From contig NIVC01000020.1 of assembly GCA_002269645.1 (NCBI GenBank), forward strand, positions 1,426,001 through 1,490,000: a DNA stretch of 64,000 nt, in the 5' to 3' direction. Below are positions 1 through 12,794 of the stretch, piece by piece. This DNA comes from Macrostomum lignano. Its lineage: Eukaryota. How positions within the stretch are numbered: position 1 is the stretch's first letter; each line of letters starts with the position of its first letter. The notes beneath the pieces were generated by a model. That model did not search any database. It was not told the DNA's origin and worked only from the letters and a program-made list of their open reading frames with translations. Made by a program: the position numbers and the translations under genes.

Positions 1-307
1 TATGATCAGAAGTTCCTATGCAACAAAGTACGCGACCAGCAAACCAGATCGCTGCTGTGATATAAAGCCAATCATTACCAGCGGCTAGCAGCATTTTCCT
101 CTGAATAATATTCTGGCTGATCGAACTTACTGCGCATACAGAGCGTACGGCTCGTGCACTACAGAAACTATAACTAGTGAACCTAATATAAATTATCAAG
201 AGTTGTGAACTAATTTGAGCTAAAGACAAGAGCCAAAAACAGTAAACAGAATGGATGAAAACTTTAGTTTTAGCGGAAAGTGAGTCCATTCTGCCGATGC
301 TCGTACT

Positions 308-1355
308 TCAACGCTGCGAATGCCAGCGTTGGAAGCAATCTAACAAACAAAGTCCCGGGCATCCTGGACATCGGCTGCAGAAATAAACTGTGGGCCGGGA
401 ACTGGCAGAACTGTAGCATATTCTGCACCTTTTCGTAGGTCTGGGCTGGGCAGGACGACCTGGGATTTTCTCCGGAAAATGCTGCTCAGGGACTGCAACT
501 GTTTGCAGCATGGAAGCCGGTCGCTTCCTGCCATTTCCGGTTCGCTCTACCAAATCACGGATGCTGGCTTCGAGATATCTGATAAAAGTATTCTGGCCAC
601 CACACTTGCAGTACAGAACCCAAGCGTTGCGCACCATTTAAAGGCACGTATGCAAACCCAGCTTGTGGAACCATTTTGCTGTCTTTCTGCCGGCATCATA
701 GGGCTGCAGGGGTGCCGTCCAGCGTGTCCGCTCCACCGCTGTGCATCGTCTGTGCTCCAGTAGTCATGTAGCTCGGACTTTTTGTTCAGGCCCATGTACA
801 GGTGCATGCCGACTAGCTTTTTCATCTCGCTTGCGGTGCAGTCCCGCCAGCTAGATACGAGTACAATGGACGGAAGGACATCCGTCTCAGGATCCAGCTC
901 CATCAGCATGGTGGCCACCTTGGCGTTTGTCCATTCAGCGAGGCGTTGGAAAAGCTCTTCAGAAAGAAACATTTGTAAAAATAAAGACTTATCCTTCTCA
1001 ACATCCTCAGGAATTAAAAAGTTCGGATTTAGGCCAGCAGTTCCGGTAAATTCAAAACATTCTGTCCCTTCATCGGACCCAGGCTCGACAAGTCGCCATA
1101 AATTCTCAACTACAGCAGCATCGCCATCTGCAAACTCCTGTTCTTCTTCGCCGTCAGGCCCTTCTATGGTTGGAGGCCATCCAGTGCTTCTTCGCCAACC
1201 TCCTCGCCAGGCTCCTCGTCTATTGTTAAGTAGGAGTCGAGGCTTGCTTCACTATCAGAGGTCATGTAGTCGATCTCAGAGGCAGAAGCCAAGTACTTTA
1301 GGATATCAGTGAGTAAATACTGTGTCAAATTTAGCGAGAAAAGGCTAACAAACAA
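308..1355 (-). mobile_element. piggyBac-family transposase remnant, frameshifted and internally deleted (non-autonomous)
   Basis: ORF fragments give an acidic N-terminus (1164-1355), the piggyBac N-terminal block WTN...MKKLVGMHLYMGLNKKSELHDYWSTD (547-972) and the C-terminal Cys-rich domain HFPEKIP...RPTKRCRIC...YFCSRCPGCPGLCLLDCFQRWH (308-637). Alternative frames at ~640-750 read SGGADTLDG/LQPYDAGRKTAKWFHKL. TIRs and the TTAA target site were not identified. Confidence 0.85.
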
Positions 1356-3003
1356 GATGGTAAGAGTGTTACTGTAAGAAAGCTATTTTACTACAAAGGG
1401 GACTTGCTGTTTGAGCACAGATTTCTATGGTAAGCAGCGCATACCAAGCAGGCAGCAAGTGAAACTGTTTTATTGGCTAAAGCAGTAGTGCTGTTCATTT
1501 CCTTCCCGTCTAGCGCGTCAGTTTGAGCCAAGCTGGATCAGTATGCCTAGCCGGCAGGAATGGAAGTGACATGCTATGCCAGAAAATATCTATGGTAAGC
1601 ACTGCTTACCAAGCAGTCGGGAACAGACAAATTATGGATTCTGGTTAGCCAAGAAGAGGCTCTAGACATGAAAGAAGAAATCAGTTAAAAAGGTGCTAAA
1701 TGGGTGTTCGCCTCGCGGCGGCTTGCTGGCGCACTAATCGGGCGTCATCACAAGTCTGACCAGTCGTCATACAATTAACTGCTGCAAAAGCCAATTAAGT
1801 CGAAGATTTCTTACAATTTTCAACAAACTGTGTGCATATCGCATCTTCTTGAAGGGCCAGCTCTAGCCGCTGCTAGTAGATTCTCAACAATTTTGAGTCT
1901 CACTAATTAGCTTTCAACCCCTTTCAATGCAATTGTTTTTCTTACCATGAAAACCACGGCAGAAAAAGAAGAAGCAGGAAAAATTTGGCAATTTTTTTAC
2001 CGTGGCATTGACGTGCAGGTAAGGTTTTGAGGTTCAAGACCTGATTGAAGATTCATCACTGTGAGAGGAATTTAAAATTACGAGTAGATCACGAATGGGG
2101 CAGCACAATTAAAGTGCCACTATTTCACCTTGGCTACATACGAGATTGGAAAACTGAAGTAAATAATAAAAACTGCCTGCTCAGCAGCGCGTTTGCTGGA
2201 ATAAAATAGGCGGCCTCCTCTCACCGGTGGAGCGGTGGGCGCCACCCAACCAAAACGAGACAGAGCGTACATACGCGGCTGGGGCGCACAGAAAGAGCGT
2301 ACTTGGGCACTAAAGCCGGTTTACTCAAGTGCAAGCCTAGCGCGAACCGCAGCCGAATACATCGGGCGGTTAACTGTGCTGGCTGTAGCTTTTCAGACAT
2401 CAGCATCTCGGGCTGATCTGCCACCCGGCGTAAAACAGACAAGGGGAAATAAGACCCAATGTACAGTAAATGGAATAAACAGACAAAAGCGTAGAAAAGC
2501 GCGCCTATATATTCGACACTTTCAAGTTTTGAAATCTACCGTCGTGAACATCCAGCAGCCTCCACTTGGCTTATTACCGATTCCAGAACTAGAATCGGTT
2601 CGAAGCTTTTCATAATTCCGTTTTCAGAATCGGTTCCAGAACCGTGTTCTGGTTCTGGAATCGGAATTATTCTGGTTCTAGAACCGATCTTCGTGAAAAG
2701 CCTACACTCGTAAACGAGTGAATTTTTATTTCTTCGAAAGTTTAAGTTCTTCAAAAATTTGGCTGGGAATCGGAAGATTTTATATTAGAACTGACGTTCC
2801 TGTCGGCTTACACTACAATAACACATGATTTCTAATACATAGTTTATATTATAGCTAAGATCATTTACATTAAATGATTGTAACTATTTTTGCAGATATA
2901 TTTAAATAGTATTATTGTCAGGGTTTCGCTTTTGTCAGGTTGCTTATCAAAAATTAAATCTAATAAGACCTAATTGAAAATGAAATGCCTCTAGCATCTT
3001 GTA

Positions 3004-3201
3004 AACTTTGTCCAACTCGGAATATTCCAACCGTTATTCCGACTGATTATTAAATACATTGCAAGTCTAAATATCATTCCGACTCTTATTTTGACTGATT
3101 ATTAAATACATTGCAATGATTGGATGATAATTAGACTATTTCTAGAATAACCGCATATCAAGCTGGAATAATGGTCAGAATATTCTGAGTCGGACAAAGT
3201 G
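3004..3201. mobile_element. Tc1/mariner-like MITE (~200 bp)
   Basis: Terminal inverted repeats ACTTTGTCCAACTCGGAATATTC and GAATATTCTGAGTCGGACAAAGT (21/23 match). Flanked by TA on both sides (3002-3003, 3202-3203). Contains an internal direct repeat ACTGATTATTAAATACATTGCAA twice. Confidence 0.6.
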
Positions 3202-4154
3202 TAAAAGGTCATTCGAAACCATAAGCCTACATAAATATTATACTAAAAAATCAAGATATTCTATTTTAATTTTAGGCCAATGCTAAAGCCTTAGGCAAAG
3301 GCAAAGCCAAAAAATAAGATAATTTAGGAATATATAGCCTTAGGCCTAGGCTTAGGCCTAATAAATTGCCTAGGCCTACTAGCTAATAGCACTACTCACT
3401 TTACTAGGCTTAGTAGGCCCAGTGCTTTGTTTGATAAAAATGCACTCTTAGAGACAGTTGTCTCCTAAGGTTAAACTAAAAATTTAATTGATCTCTACTG
3501 CAAAATGTGTACACATAGGCCTAATATACAGATAAAAATATATACATGGCTAGAAATTTGATAGGGACTAAGGAGCCTACAATACAATGTCAATATACTA
3601 TAAAAATAAACATAAAAATAAAAGCTAATATTAAATTAAAACTAATATTAAATAAAAGTAGAAAAAACTTGACTTTTTACTAATATTTTAATTAATATAA
3701 TATAACAATTTTATTTGACTAATTTCTAAGTTCAATATGGTCATTTTGTAGCTTTTTAAAGCCTATTTTATTTATTGATAAAAAATCTAATATAGTTTGA
3801 AAGGTTAGGCTAAGATAAAAAATATTGGGTTTTTATCTTATAGGTCTAATGATAAAGTAATTAAAAAATCATTTTTGTTTAATTTTAAAAATATAGGAGC
3901 CTTTAATTTTTGTAAGTATTACTTTTAGGCCTAGTTCTATTATATTTATTTGTCTCTCTAATGAAAAAGATAATATAGTTTTTTATCCTAATTAAGGCAA
4001 AAAAAAGCTAGATATATTTATAAAAACTTTTTCCTTTTATTTTTAGTTTATATTACTTCTATATTATATAACTTCTATTTCTAGTTATATTACTTCTATA
4101 TTGCTTTTTAGCCTATAAGGGAAAGAACAAGCAAATGCATAACAATCCTAGTAT

Positions 4155-4550
4155 CTTCTATAAAAGCAACAGATTAAAGAAGTAAATCAATGAATTCAAA
4201 TACCTAGATATATCATCTTCAAACCCAGTAACAACTCTAAAAGATACATTGCCCATCAGATCAAATAAGGATAATAATTCTACAATGTTTTAATTACTAC
4301 ATAAAGTCAAAGATACCACAGTCCACATTAGACATAATGCTCAGTAGACTATTTAATTCTCAGGTCATATAAGTTATAACGTATGGTTATAAAATCTAGG
4401 GACCTTTAGCAACCTATATTGATCTCAAAACCATTGACAAAATTCTATAATTTCTATAAATACCTTCTTTACCTATCTAAAATCACTTGCAACTCTTTTA
4501 TACTTACAAAACTCAATTTAACACTTATCTCACTTACCATCTTGAATTTT
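4155..4550 (+). mobile_element. Decayed non-LTR retrotransposon (LINE, CR1/L2-like) RT C-terminal fragment
   Basis: Broken translations NEFKYLD (~4189-4209), SRLFNSQVI*VITYGYKI*GP and FYKYLLYLSKITCNSFILTKLNLT. These resemble the LINE post-RT motifs EFKYLG, LF.S.V.P+L.YG.E+WG and F.K.+L.L...T.N..+..ELG. Multiple stops are present. Confidence 0.55.
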
Positions 4551-6377
4551 TTCGTATATATTTCTTATATATATTTCTTATATATATATTTCTTATATAT
4601 TTTCAAATAAAAATATTTTATTTTTATACAACCCCTGGAAAGCAAGGCCCAAACAACCCTTAGAAAGTGAACATCCTTAAAAAAACTACCTAGGGATATA
4701 CTTTAATAAGTGTAACTTATAAGTAAACTTTTTAGAATTTTTACCATAATTGATTTTCAAGTTTTAGGGTTTGCTTCTATGCAGTATATACCTTTGCTAG
4801 CTAAAAGCTTTTTTATTTCTTTATCAAATTCTAAAAAATGATTTTTAATTGATAAAGTAGGCCTAGCATTTATATTAATTTGCCATTTTTATATATTAGT
4901 TACATAATATAATATTGCAAGCTATGATGATTTCAATAAACATTAAATCTACAAATGTTATCAAAGTATTTATTCTAACAAATTTATCACTGCTTTATAA
5001 GCTAGTGTCCTTTTTAAGATGTGTATATATACTCTTTATTACTAATAGTAGTAATATATAAATATATTAAGGTTTAAGTTAAGTCCAGGCAAATAATTAA
5101 CTACTCTTATATAATCTATGATTTGATTAGCACTAGGCTCTAAGCCATTTAAGTTGTCTACTAAGTATTTGTTATTTATTAGTTTATTTATTTCATGGAT
5201 CTGCCCTAATGCAACTAAGTTTTTTCTGATAGCTGATAGAATGTTCTAATTGAGATGCTTTCAATGTTTGAGCTTAGTAGTATATACTGTTTTAGTAACA
5301 TTGTAATTTAATTTAATATTGTATTTTAAAATTTCCTAAATTGCTTATACTCAAATGCAACCAATTTTCAGGTTGATCACATGTGATTTAAGTCAATTTT
5401 AGTTTTAGGATTAAATTAATCTTGTCAGCATTTATAGTTTTTATTTTCTATTTTTTAATTTATAAATACTTTTCCATTGCTAAACTTTGTGATATAATAA
5501 TTAATAATTAATAATATAATTTATTATATAAATAGTAGCACAAATCTGATTAAAATCAATAAAAGATACCACAAAGCACTTGTGCTGACTTCGACTGATA
5601 TGATTCATAGGATATATTTCCATAAAAAACTTTATCCCCTCAAGTGTTTAAGGGAATACAGAATTGGAGTTTTCATTGCTTCAGATGTATTAATAGAGAT
5701 CAGCTCAGTAATTTCTCAGATAATTTCTCAGATAAACTATCAGGATTGCAAAATATCTACTTTCGCTCCCTGACAAAAAATTCACTGCCATTTGCTTAGG
5801 TTTGAGTGCCTTGCTTTGGCTGTGCTTCTTCACTCACTAGGAGCAGCAGCTGGTCATCATTATTTTTTAAGCAAAGCCAACTACACGCGTTTCATGGGCT
5901 CATCTTAGCTCACGGTGGGCCACAAGCCCTGGCAGGTATGAGGAAGCGATCGCAACCTGTTCTCAGGCTATCATTAATGTCTTGAGCACAGAGGAACGAA
6001 TGCACTCTGGCATGACTTGCAAGAGTGAGGCCGGTTTGCAACTCCTCCCGCTACGCCTGATCGATGCTTTCTCCGTGTCCGACGAGGCTTGCTTTTCGTC
6101 TTTGCTGCTTTCGCATCTAGGGAATCAGCGATCCCTAGGGAACTTCTGCAACTGCTGGCACTGCCAATACGTCGCCTTGACTCGCTCTGGCACTCCTTTC
6201 GTATCCCCCACCTCAGAGTTCCCCTGTCCTCCAATTGGCGGCCCGCTTCGCTCTGCTTTTCCTGCACCACTTTTCCTCACCCCCCTCCGCTTAAATACGC
6301 CAGCCGAGTTCAGCTGAAGTGCTGAGACTTCCCTGCCGCTTCTTGCTAGTTTGCCTGTCCGCCATCCCGCCGCCTTC

Positions 6378-6914
6378 ATGACTTCTCCGCCCCCGTCTGA
6401 GGCGCCCAACACTGACGCCGCTGCAGCAGCCGCAGGATCGCGCGACTCTAGCGCCGAGCGCGCCCGCCACGTCACCTTCTCGCCCGGCGTCCACTCGCCG
6501 CTGCCGCACCAGCACCAGCACCACCACAGGCGCCAGCAGCAGCAGCACCCGATCACGGGCCATCTGCACCCGGTCAGCCTGTTGGAACGGCCCGATTGCT
6601 CCTTCGTCATTCCCTGTCCGGTGGCGAGCGCCTGCCCGGTCCAGCGTCGCCGACTTAGCGACGATAATGAAGAAGAGGATGAAAAGGAAGCGAATGGGGC
6701 AGCTGGCGCCTCCGAGGCGGACGCTGAGCTGGCTTCGGGCGTGGATGATGCCGTGGGAGATTGCGATAGTGAAGAGGATTGCCACCAGTCCAGGATCGCT
6801 TCGCCGCCCCCTCCGACAGCGGCACCGAAGCCGTCGCTCGAGGACTGCCTCGCCATCTGCGCGCAGCTGGTGCCGCATTGGGACCGTCTGTCGGGCCTTC
6901 TATCTCTGCTTCAG
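6378..6914 (+). CDS. First coding exon of an unknown protein: low-complexity His/Gln/acidic region, RVxF-like motif, possible start of a death domain; downstream exons not found
   Basis: ATG at 6378 within ORF 6351-7031, with GC-rich codon use up to a CAG|GTTAGA donor at 6914/6915. It contains RHVTF and ends in EDCLAICAQLVPHWDRLSGLLSLLQ, which resembles death-domain helices 1-2 (L..IA..LG..W..LA..LGL). Confidence 0.5.
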
Positions 6915-7441
6915 GTTAGAAGTGGTGTTGCGTGTCTCGATATTTCTGCAGCAGAAGCTGGCTTCAATAATCCATTCAGTTATGGCTTGTGTAAGGCTCG
7001 GGCAGCCAATTCCATTCAAGCCTGGGACTAAAAAGCGAATCTATCGCACAAGCGGCCTTTCTAAAAAATATTTGTCAATGCAAATTCATCTTGAGTCTCG
7101 ATATCGATCTACCTGTGCCATCTAATATCCAGGATTCCAATTCCGCCCAACGTGCCAGTTCGATCTGTTTTCTTGTTAGCCTTCACTTGTGCACGCGTAA
7201 AGATCCGCCTTCTTGCTTGCTTTTGTTGGCACATTCAGGTTTGAGGGTGTTGTATCAAACAGTCTATTCAAAGGATCGTGATCGATAGTTCAGTGGCTGA
7301 ATGAAGGGTTATACCTTATTGGACATCTATTAAGTCGATTTTCAATGTGGGATTTTCCAGAGGTTATATTTCATACAGGAACATAAATTCATGCTGCGCT
7401 GTCTAGCCTGTGCTTCGGTTCGATTGAAAGATAAAATATAC

Positions 7442-7497
7442 GATGTATGAAGCAAGCCATAGTGCATATATACATCCAGTAGAAGCAATACAATATT
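7442..7497. repeat. Left arm of a 56-bp perfect inverted repeat (partner at 14604-14659)
   Basis: GATGTATGAAGCAAGCCATAGTGCATATATACATCCAGTAGAAGCAATACAATATT is the reverse complement of 14604-14659. Confidence 0.9.
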
Positions 7498-7523
7498 TTT
7501 TATATAATAAAATTATATTAAAT

Positions 7524-8464
7524 ACAAGCTGTTGAAACCCGCGGATTTTGAACCCGGGGAATTCCAATCCCCGGAACTACTTTTGCATGTATTCTGAAAT
7601 CTAAGGCCATACACAAACAAAAACTTGTTAATAGTTAGTAGGATAGAGGTACACATAAAATGAAGCACATTCGTGTAAAATTAGGGTTTGAGACATTGTT
7701 GGCTGGGGTACTGCGCAGAATGTCAGGCAATGTCTGTCTGACTAAAACATATATTGCTAAACTCTGGTCTCTCCCTGACTCTCCCTACGTCCCTTGGATC
7801 CTTTAAAATTTCTATCGTCTCTTTGTTTCCTCTCATCTCTCTCGTCCCTCGTCTCTCCTCTCTCCTCTCTCCTCTCCCCCTCTTCTCTCGTATATTTCCT
7901 CATCTCTCTTCTCTTTCATCCCTGTTATCTCATCTCTTGTCTCTTCTTTTCTCTCTCCTCTCCTCTCTCCTCTCCTCTCTCTTCTCTCCTCTCTTCTCTC
8001 GTATCTTCCCTCATCTCTCTTCTCTTTCATCCCTCTTATCTCATCTCTTGTCTCTTCTTTTCTCTCTCCTCTCCTCTCTCCTCTCCTCTCTCCTCTCCTC
8101 TCTCCTCTCTCCCCCTCTCCTCTCTCCTCTCACCCCCTCTTCTCTCTTATCTTCCTTCTCCTTTCTATTCTTTTCTCTCTTCTCTTAACTCTCTCCTCTA
8201 CTCTCTCATCTCTCCCCTCTTCTCTCGTATCTTCCCTCACCTCTCTTCTCTTTCATCTCTCTTATCTCATCTCTTGTCTCTTCGTTTCTCTCTCATCTCC
8301 TTTCTCCTCTCTCCCCCTCTCCTCTCTCCTCTACTCTCTCATCTCTCCCCTCTCCCCTCTTCTCTCGTCTCTTCCCTCACCTCTTTTCTCTCTCGTCTTT
8401 GCTCTCTCATCATTCCTTTCTCTTCTTTTATCTTTTATCTCTTATCTCTTCTCATTTCTCTCTG

Positions 8465-8534
<70 letters not shown>

Positions 8535-10573
8535 GTCTTTCTCTCTTATCTCTTCTCCTCTCTCTACTCTCTCCCTCTCCATTCTCCTCTTTCCTCTCCT
8601 CTCTCCTCACTCACTTCTCTACCTTTGTCTCTCCTCTCTCCTCACTCACTTCTCTACCTTTGTCTCTCCTCTCTCCTCACTCACTTCTCTACCTTTGTCT
8701 CTCCTCTCTCCTCACTCACTTCTCTACCTTTGTCTCTCCTCTCTCCTCACTCACTTCTCTACCTTTGTCTCTCCTCTCTCCTCTCGTCTCTGTAACCTCT
8801 CCTCTGTTCTCTCTACTCTCCCATCTTTTATCTGTTCACTCTCGTCTCTGCTCTCTCATCCCCCTCTTTAATCTGGCATCTCTGTCTTATATGTTCTCTC
8901 ACCTCTCTCCTCTGTACTCTTTTCTTTCCCCTCTTTTGACTCCCCACTTTCCTTTCTACTTTCTTCTTTTCTCTTCTCTTCCCTTTTCTATACTCTGTCT
9001 CCCTCTCTTCTCTCACTCCACTCTCCTCTCTCCTTTATCTCTCATCTCTCATTTCTCATCTCTCCTTCCACCTCTCTCATCTCTACAACCTTAGAGATGT
9101 AGAGATGTATCTTTATCTCTTCTCTCTTCCCTTTACTCTCTCATCTCTTTTTTCACCTGTTTCCTCTCTGCTGTCTCCTCTCTCCTCTCATCTGCAGCTC
9201 TCTGCTCTCTCATCTCTACTCTCTGCTCTCGCTTTTCCTCTCTCCCCTCTTCTCCCCCTCTCTCTCATCGTCCTCACCCCCTCATCTCTCCTATTATCTT
9301 TTATCTTTTCTTTTTATCCCCTCTGTCGCCTCTCCTCTCTTCGAATCGTCTATTCCTTCTTCTTTCCACTTTCATCTGCCCCTCAGCTATGAGCTGGATT
9401 CTTTATCTGGCCTTTGAGATAAAAATCTGCTGATCCCTGCTTCGAAAGCCAGTTTGTGGGACGTAGTACTATCGTGGTTGTTATCATTTCTCATGCTTTA
9501 ATCACGTCATCTTTCTGGCCAATTAGCAGCCCTGAGAGAAATTTGTATATCTCCAGCTCCACCACCACAGTCTGCAGCAGTCTAACAACCATGGAAATAC
9601 GCATTTCTTAGGAGGCCAGTTAAATTTTAAAGTACCTTATGCGAATCTTAATGTTAAAATTTTCATGGTGTAACCAATTTAGTAGGACTGCATTGTAATC
9701 AGTTATTCATTAATTTTTAGATATTTTTATAAACCATCCCACATCGCCTTGATTTGCCATCCTTGTTTAACTGCATGCTGCGACTTGTTTATACAGAGGA
9801 CAGTAGTTTGAATCTCCCGCTAAACTCTCTCCTCTCAACGCCTCTCCACTCGCGGGGGTACAGAGAAGGCTATTAAAAAGTTATTCCAAAACACTGTACA
9901 CTCGCTATGTACATTGAGCCCCATCGCCTGACCCTTCGTCTGGGGGAATGAGTTGGATGAGCGGCAAACAACAGAAAAAGCAGACAAACTTCACATGCTT
10001 ACAGTTTCTTTTTCGGTTGAGTTACAGAGTTGAAACTTTACATTTAGATAGAGAATGAGTCAATGAAGAATTGTGTCAAGTTTGAAGTCAATCGCTTTAC
10101 GTGGAGCAAACTTATGGCAGCCGAAAGTTAGTTATTTTAAAACCCATTTACACCCTTTGCCCAGATCGGGAAAGAGGCAGGCGGGCGGAGGTTGGGGTGG
10201 CTGTCTCGCTGAAAAAAACAGCCAAACTTTAAAAGTGCACAGCGCCGTTCAGGATTAACTTTGAGACTCGAAATTTTACACGATTGTGTCAAAATAGTTG
10301 AAAATTGATTGTGTCAAATTTGAAGAGGATCGGTAGAAGTGGAGCGGCGCTAAGGAGGCTTTAGTAAAAAAATCGCGCATTTTGAGCAGTTTTTTGCACT
10401 TTTAGGTAGGAAGACTCAAATTTAGGAAATTTAAAGGTAGCCTAAGACATTCTCCGTAGTGAGTTTAGGGTGGGTGTAAAGTTTGGTGTAATTTGGTTGA
10501 GCGGTTTGGGAGTCCATAGCGAAGTAATTTGTCCACAGACAGACAGACAGAGTTTTGATTTTTATAGGTAGAG
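7524..10573 (+). mobile_element. Non-autonomous Helitron-group (Lep1/HINE-like) element, copy 1, with internal CT-rich tract
   Basis: Starts ACAAGCTGTTGAAACCCGCGG with a short hairpin (CCGGGGA..TCCCCGG). Ends ...AAGTTTGGTGTAATTTGGTTGAGCGGTTT...(ACAG)n AGTTTTGATTTTTATAGGTAGAG. No TIRs. The architecture resembles insect Lep1-type elements; the superfamily assignment is inference. Confidence 0.55.
7760..9390. repeat. Degenerate CT-rich (polypyrimidine) low-complexity tract
   Basis: Near-continuous C/T sequence including a pure (CT)n run at ~8466-8528. Confidence 0.95.
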
Positions 10574-10799
10574 ACAAGCTGTTGAAACCCGCGGATTTTG
10601 AACCCGGGGAATTCCAATCCCCGGAACTACTTTTGCATGTATTCTGAAATCTAAGGCCATAAACAAACAAAAACTTGTTAATAGTTCGTAGGATAGAGGT
10701 AGACATAAAATGGAGCACATTCGTGTAAAATTAGGGTTTGAGACTCCGAAGAATGTCAGGCAATGTCTGTCTGACTCTAAAACATGTATTGGCAAACTC

Positions 10800-11501
10800 T
10801 GGCCTCTCCCAGACTCTCCCTACGTGTACGTCCCTTAGATCCTTTAAATTTCTATCGTCTCTTCTGTTTCCTCTCTTCTCTCTCATCCCTCGTCTCTCCT
10901 CTCTCCTCTCTCTTCTCTCGGATCTTCCCTCATCTCTCTTCTCTTTCATCTCTCTTATCTCATCTCTTGTCTCTTTTCTCTCCTCTTTCCTCTCTCTCTC
11001 CTCTCTACTTTTCGTCTTCTCTCTCCTCTCCTCTCTCCTCTCTACTCTTTCGTTTTCTCTCTCCTCTCTTCTCTCCTATCTTCTTTCGTATCTTCCCTCA
11101 TCTCTCTTCTCTTTCATATCTGTTATCTCATCTCTTGTCTCTTCTTTTCTCTCTCCTCTCCTCTCTCCTCTCTACTTTTTCGTTTTCTTTCTCCTCTCCT
11201 CTCTCCCCCTCTTTTCTCGTCTCTTCCTTCTCCTCTCTACTCTTTCCTCTCTCTCTCCTCTCTCCCCTCTTTTCTCGTCTCTTCTCTCACCTCTTTCCTC
11301 TCTCTTTCCTCTCATCTCTTTTCTTGTTTTATATCTTCTCTCTCCCCTCGTCGCTCGTCTCTTCCCTCACCTCTTTTCTCTCTCGTCTGCGTTTTCATCT
11401 CTCCTTTCTCTTCTTTTATCTTTTCTCTCTTATCTCTTCTCGTTTCTCTCTGCTCTGCTCTGCTCTGCTCTGCTCTGCTCTGCTCTGCTCTGCTCTGCTC
11501 T

Positions 11502-11590
<89 letters not shown>

Positions 11591-12350
11591 TCTCCTCTCC
11601 CATCTCTCTTCTCCTCTCTACTCTCTCCCCTCTTCATTCTCATATTTCCTCTTCTCTCTCCCTGTCTCTCCTCTCTCCTCTAGTCTCTGTAATCGCTTCT
11701 CTCTTTTCTCTCCTCTGTTCTCTCTACTCTCCCATCTCTCGTCTGTTCACCCTAATCTCTGCTCTCTCATCTGTCAACTTTACTCTCTTATACGTTCTCT
11801 CACTAATCTCCTCTGTACTCTTCTCTTTCACCTCTTCTGACTCCTCTCTTTCCTTACTCTTTTCTCTTCCCTCTTCTATACTCTCTCTCCTCTATTATCT
11901 TCTCTCGTCTCTCTGCACTCTCCTCTCACCTTTTTCATCTCTCATCTTTACTCTCTCATCTCTCCTTTCTCCCCTCTTCTTACACTCCTCTCTTATCTCT
12001 ATCTCTTCTCTTCTCACTCCTCTCTCCCCCTCTTATCTCCTCTCTTCTTTATCCTTTCTACTCTCTCCTCTCCTCTTGACCCTCTGTCATCTTCTTTCTG
12101 CTCTCTCATCTCTACTCTCTTCTCACTCTTCTCTACTCTCCTCTCATCGATCCTCTGTCTCATCTCTCCCCTCTTCTCACCTTTACTCTTTCCTCTCCCT
12201 CCTTTCTCCCCTCCTCTCGCTTCTTCCTCCCTTCTTCTCTGCTCTCTTCTCACCACTTGTCTCTGCTCTTATCTTCCATGTTTTCTCTTATCCCCGTCTC
12301 GCCTCTCCTCTCTTCTAATAGTCTATTTCTTCTCCTTTCCACTCTCATCT
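10800..12350. repeat. Degenerate CT-rich tract with (CTCTG)n and (CT)n runs
   Basis: Paralogous to 7760-9390, with (CTCTG)n at ~11447-11503 and (CT)n at ~11503-11586. Confidence 0.95.
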
Positions 12351-12794
12351 GGCCCGCACATAAGCTGGATTCTTTTATCTGGCTTTTGAAGTTTATCTGA
12401 AGTTTATCTTTATCTGGCAAGAAAAGTCTGCCGATCCCTGCTTCAAAAGCCAGTTTGTGGGACGTAGTACTCTCATCGTTATTCTCATGCTTTGATCACG
12501 TCATCTTTCTTGCCAATTTGCAGCCCTGAAAGGAATTTGTGTATCTTCAGCTCCACTGCAGTCTGCATCAGTCTAACAACCAAGGAAATACGCATTTCTT
12601 AGGCCATTTAAATTTCAAAGTACTTTTAAGAGAAACTTAAAATTTCCATGGTGTGCCTAATTTAGTAGGGTTGTATTTCATTGCATTGCATCGCCTTTTC
12701 ATAAATATTTCGCTTTTACAAACCATTCTGGATTGCCTCGATTTGCCAATTGCCATCCACTGTTAAACTTCTGCAGAGTTTGCCAATACAGAGG

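Noticed and set aside
2221-2450. GC-rich segment starting GCCGGG on the minus strand and ending near a T-run, considered as 7SL, a SINE or another Pol III RNA
   Set aside because: No match to 7SL, RNase P/MRP, tRNA A/B boxes or snRNA motifs that I can recognise. An Infernal/Rfam search would be needed.
2570-2700. Palindromic CCGATTCCAGAAC/GTTCTGGAATCGG segment similar to the interior of the 13178-13438 MITE
   Set aside because: Probably a decayed relative, but no TIR or TSD could be defined.
7754-12318. Long Leu/Ser-rich ORFs (e.g. 333, 526 and 299 aa) and their Arg/Glu-rich antisense ORFs
   Set aside because: Artefacts of stop-free CT-rich low-complexity DNA inside the Helitron-like units.
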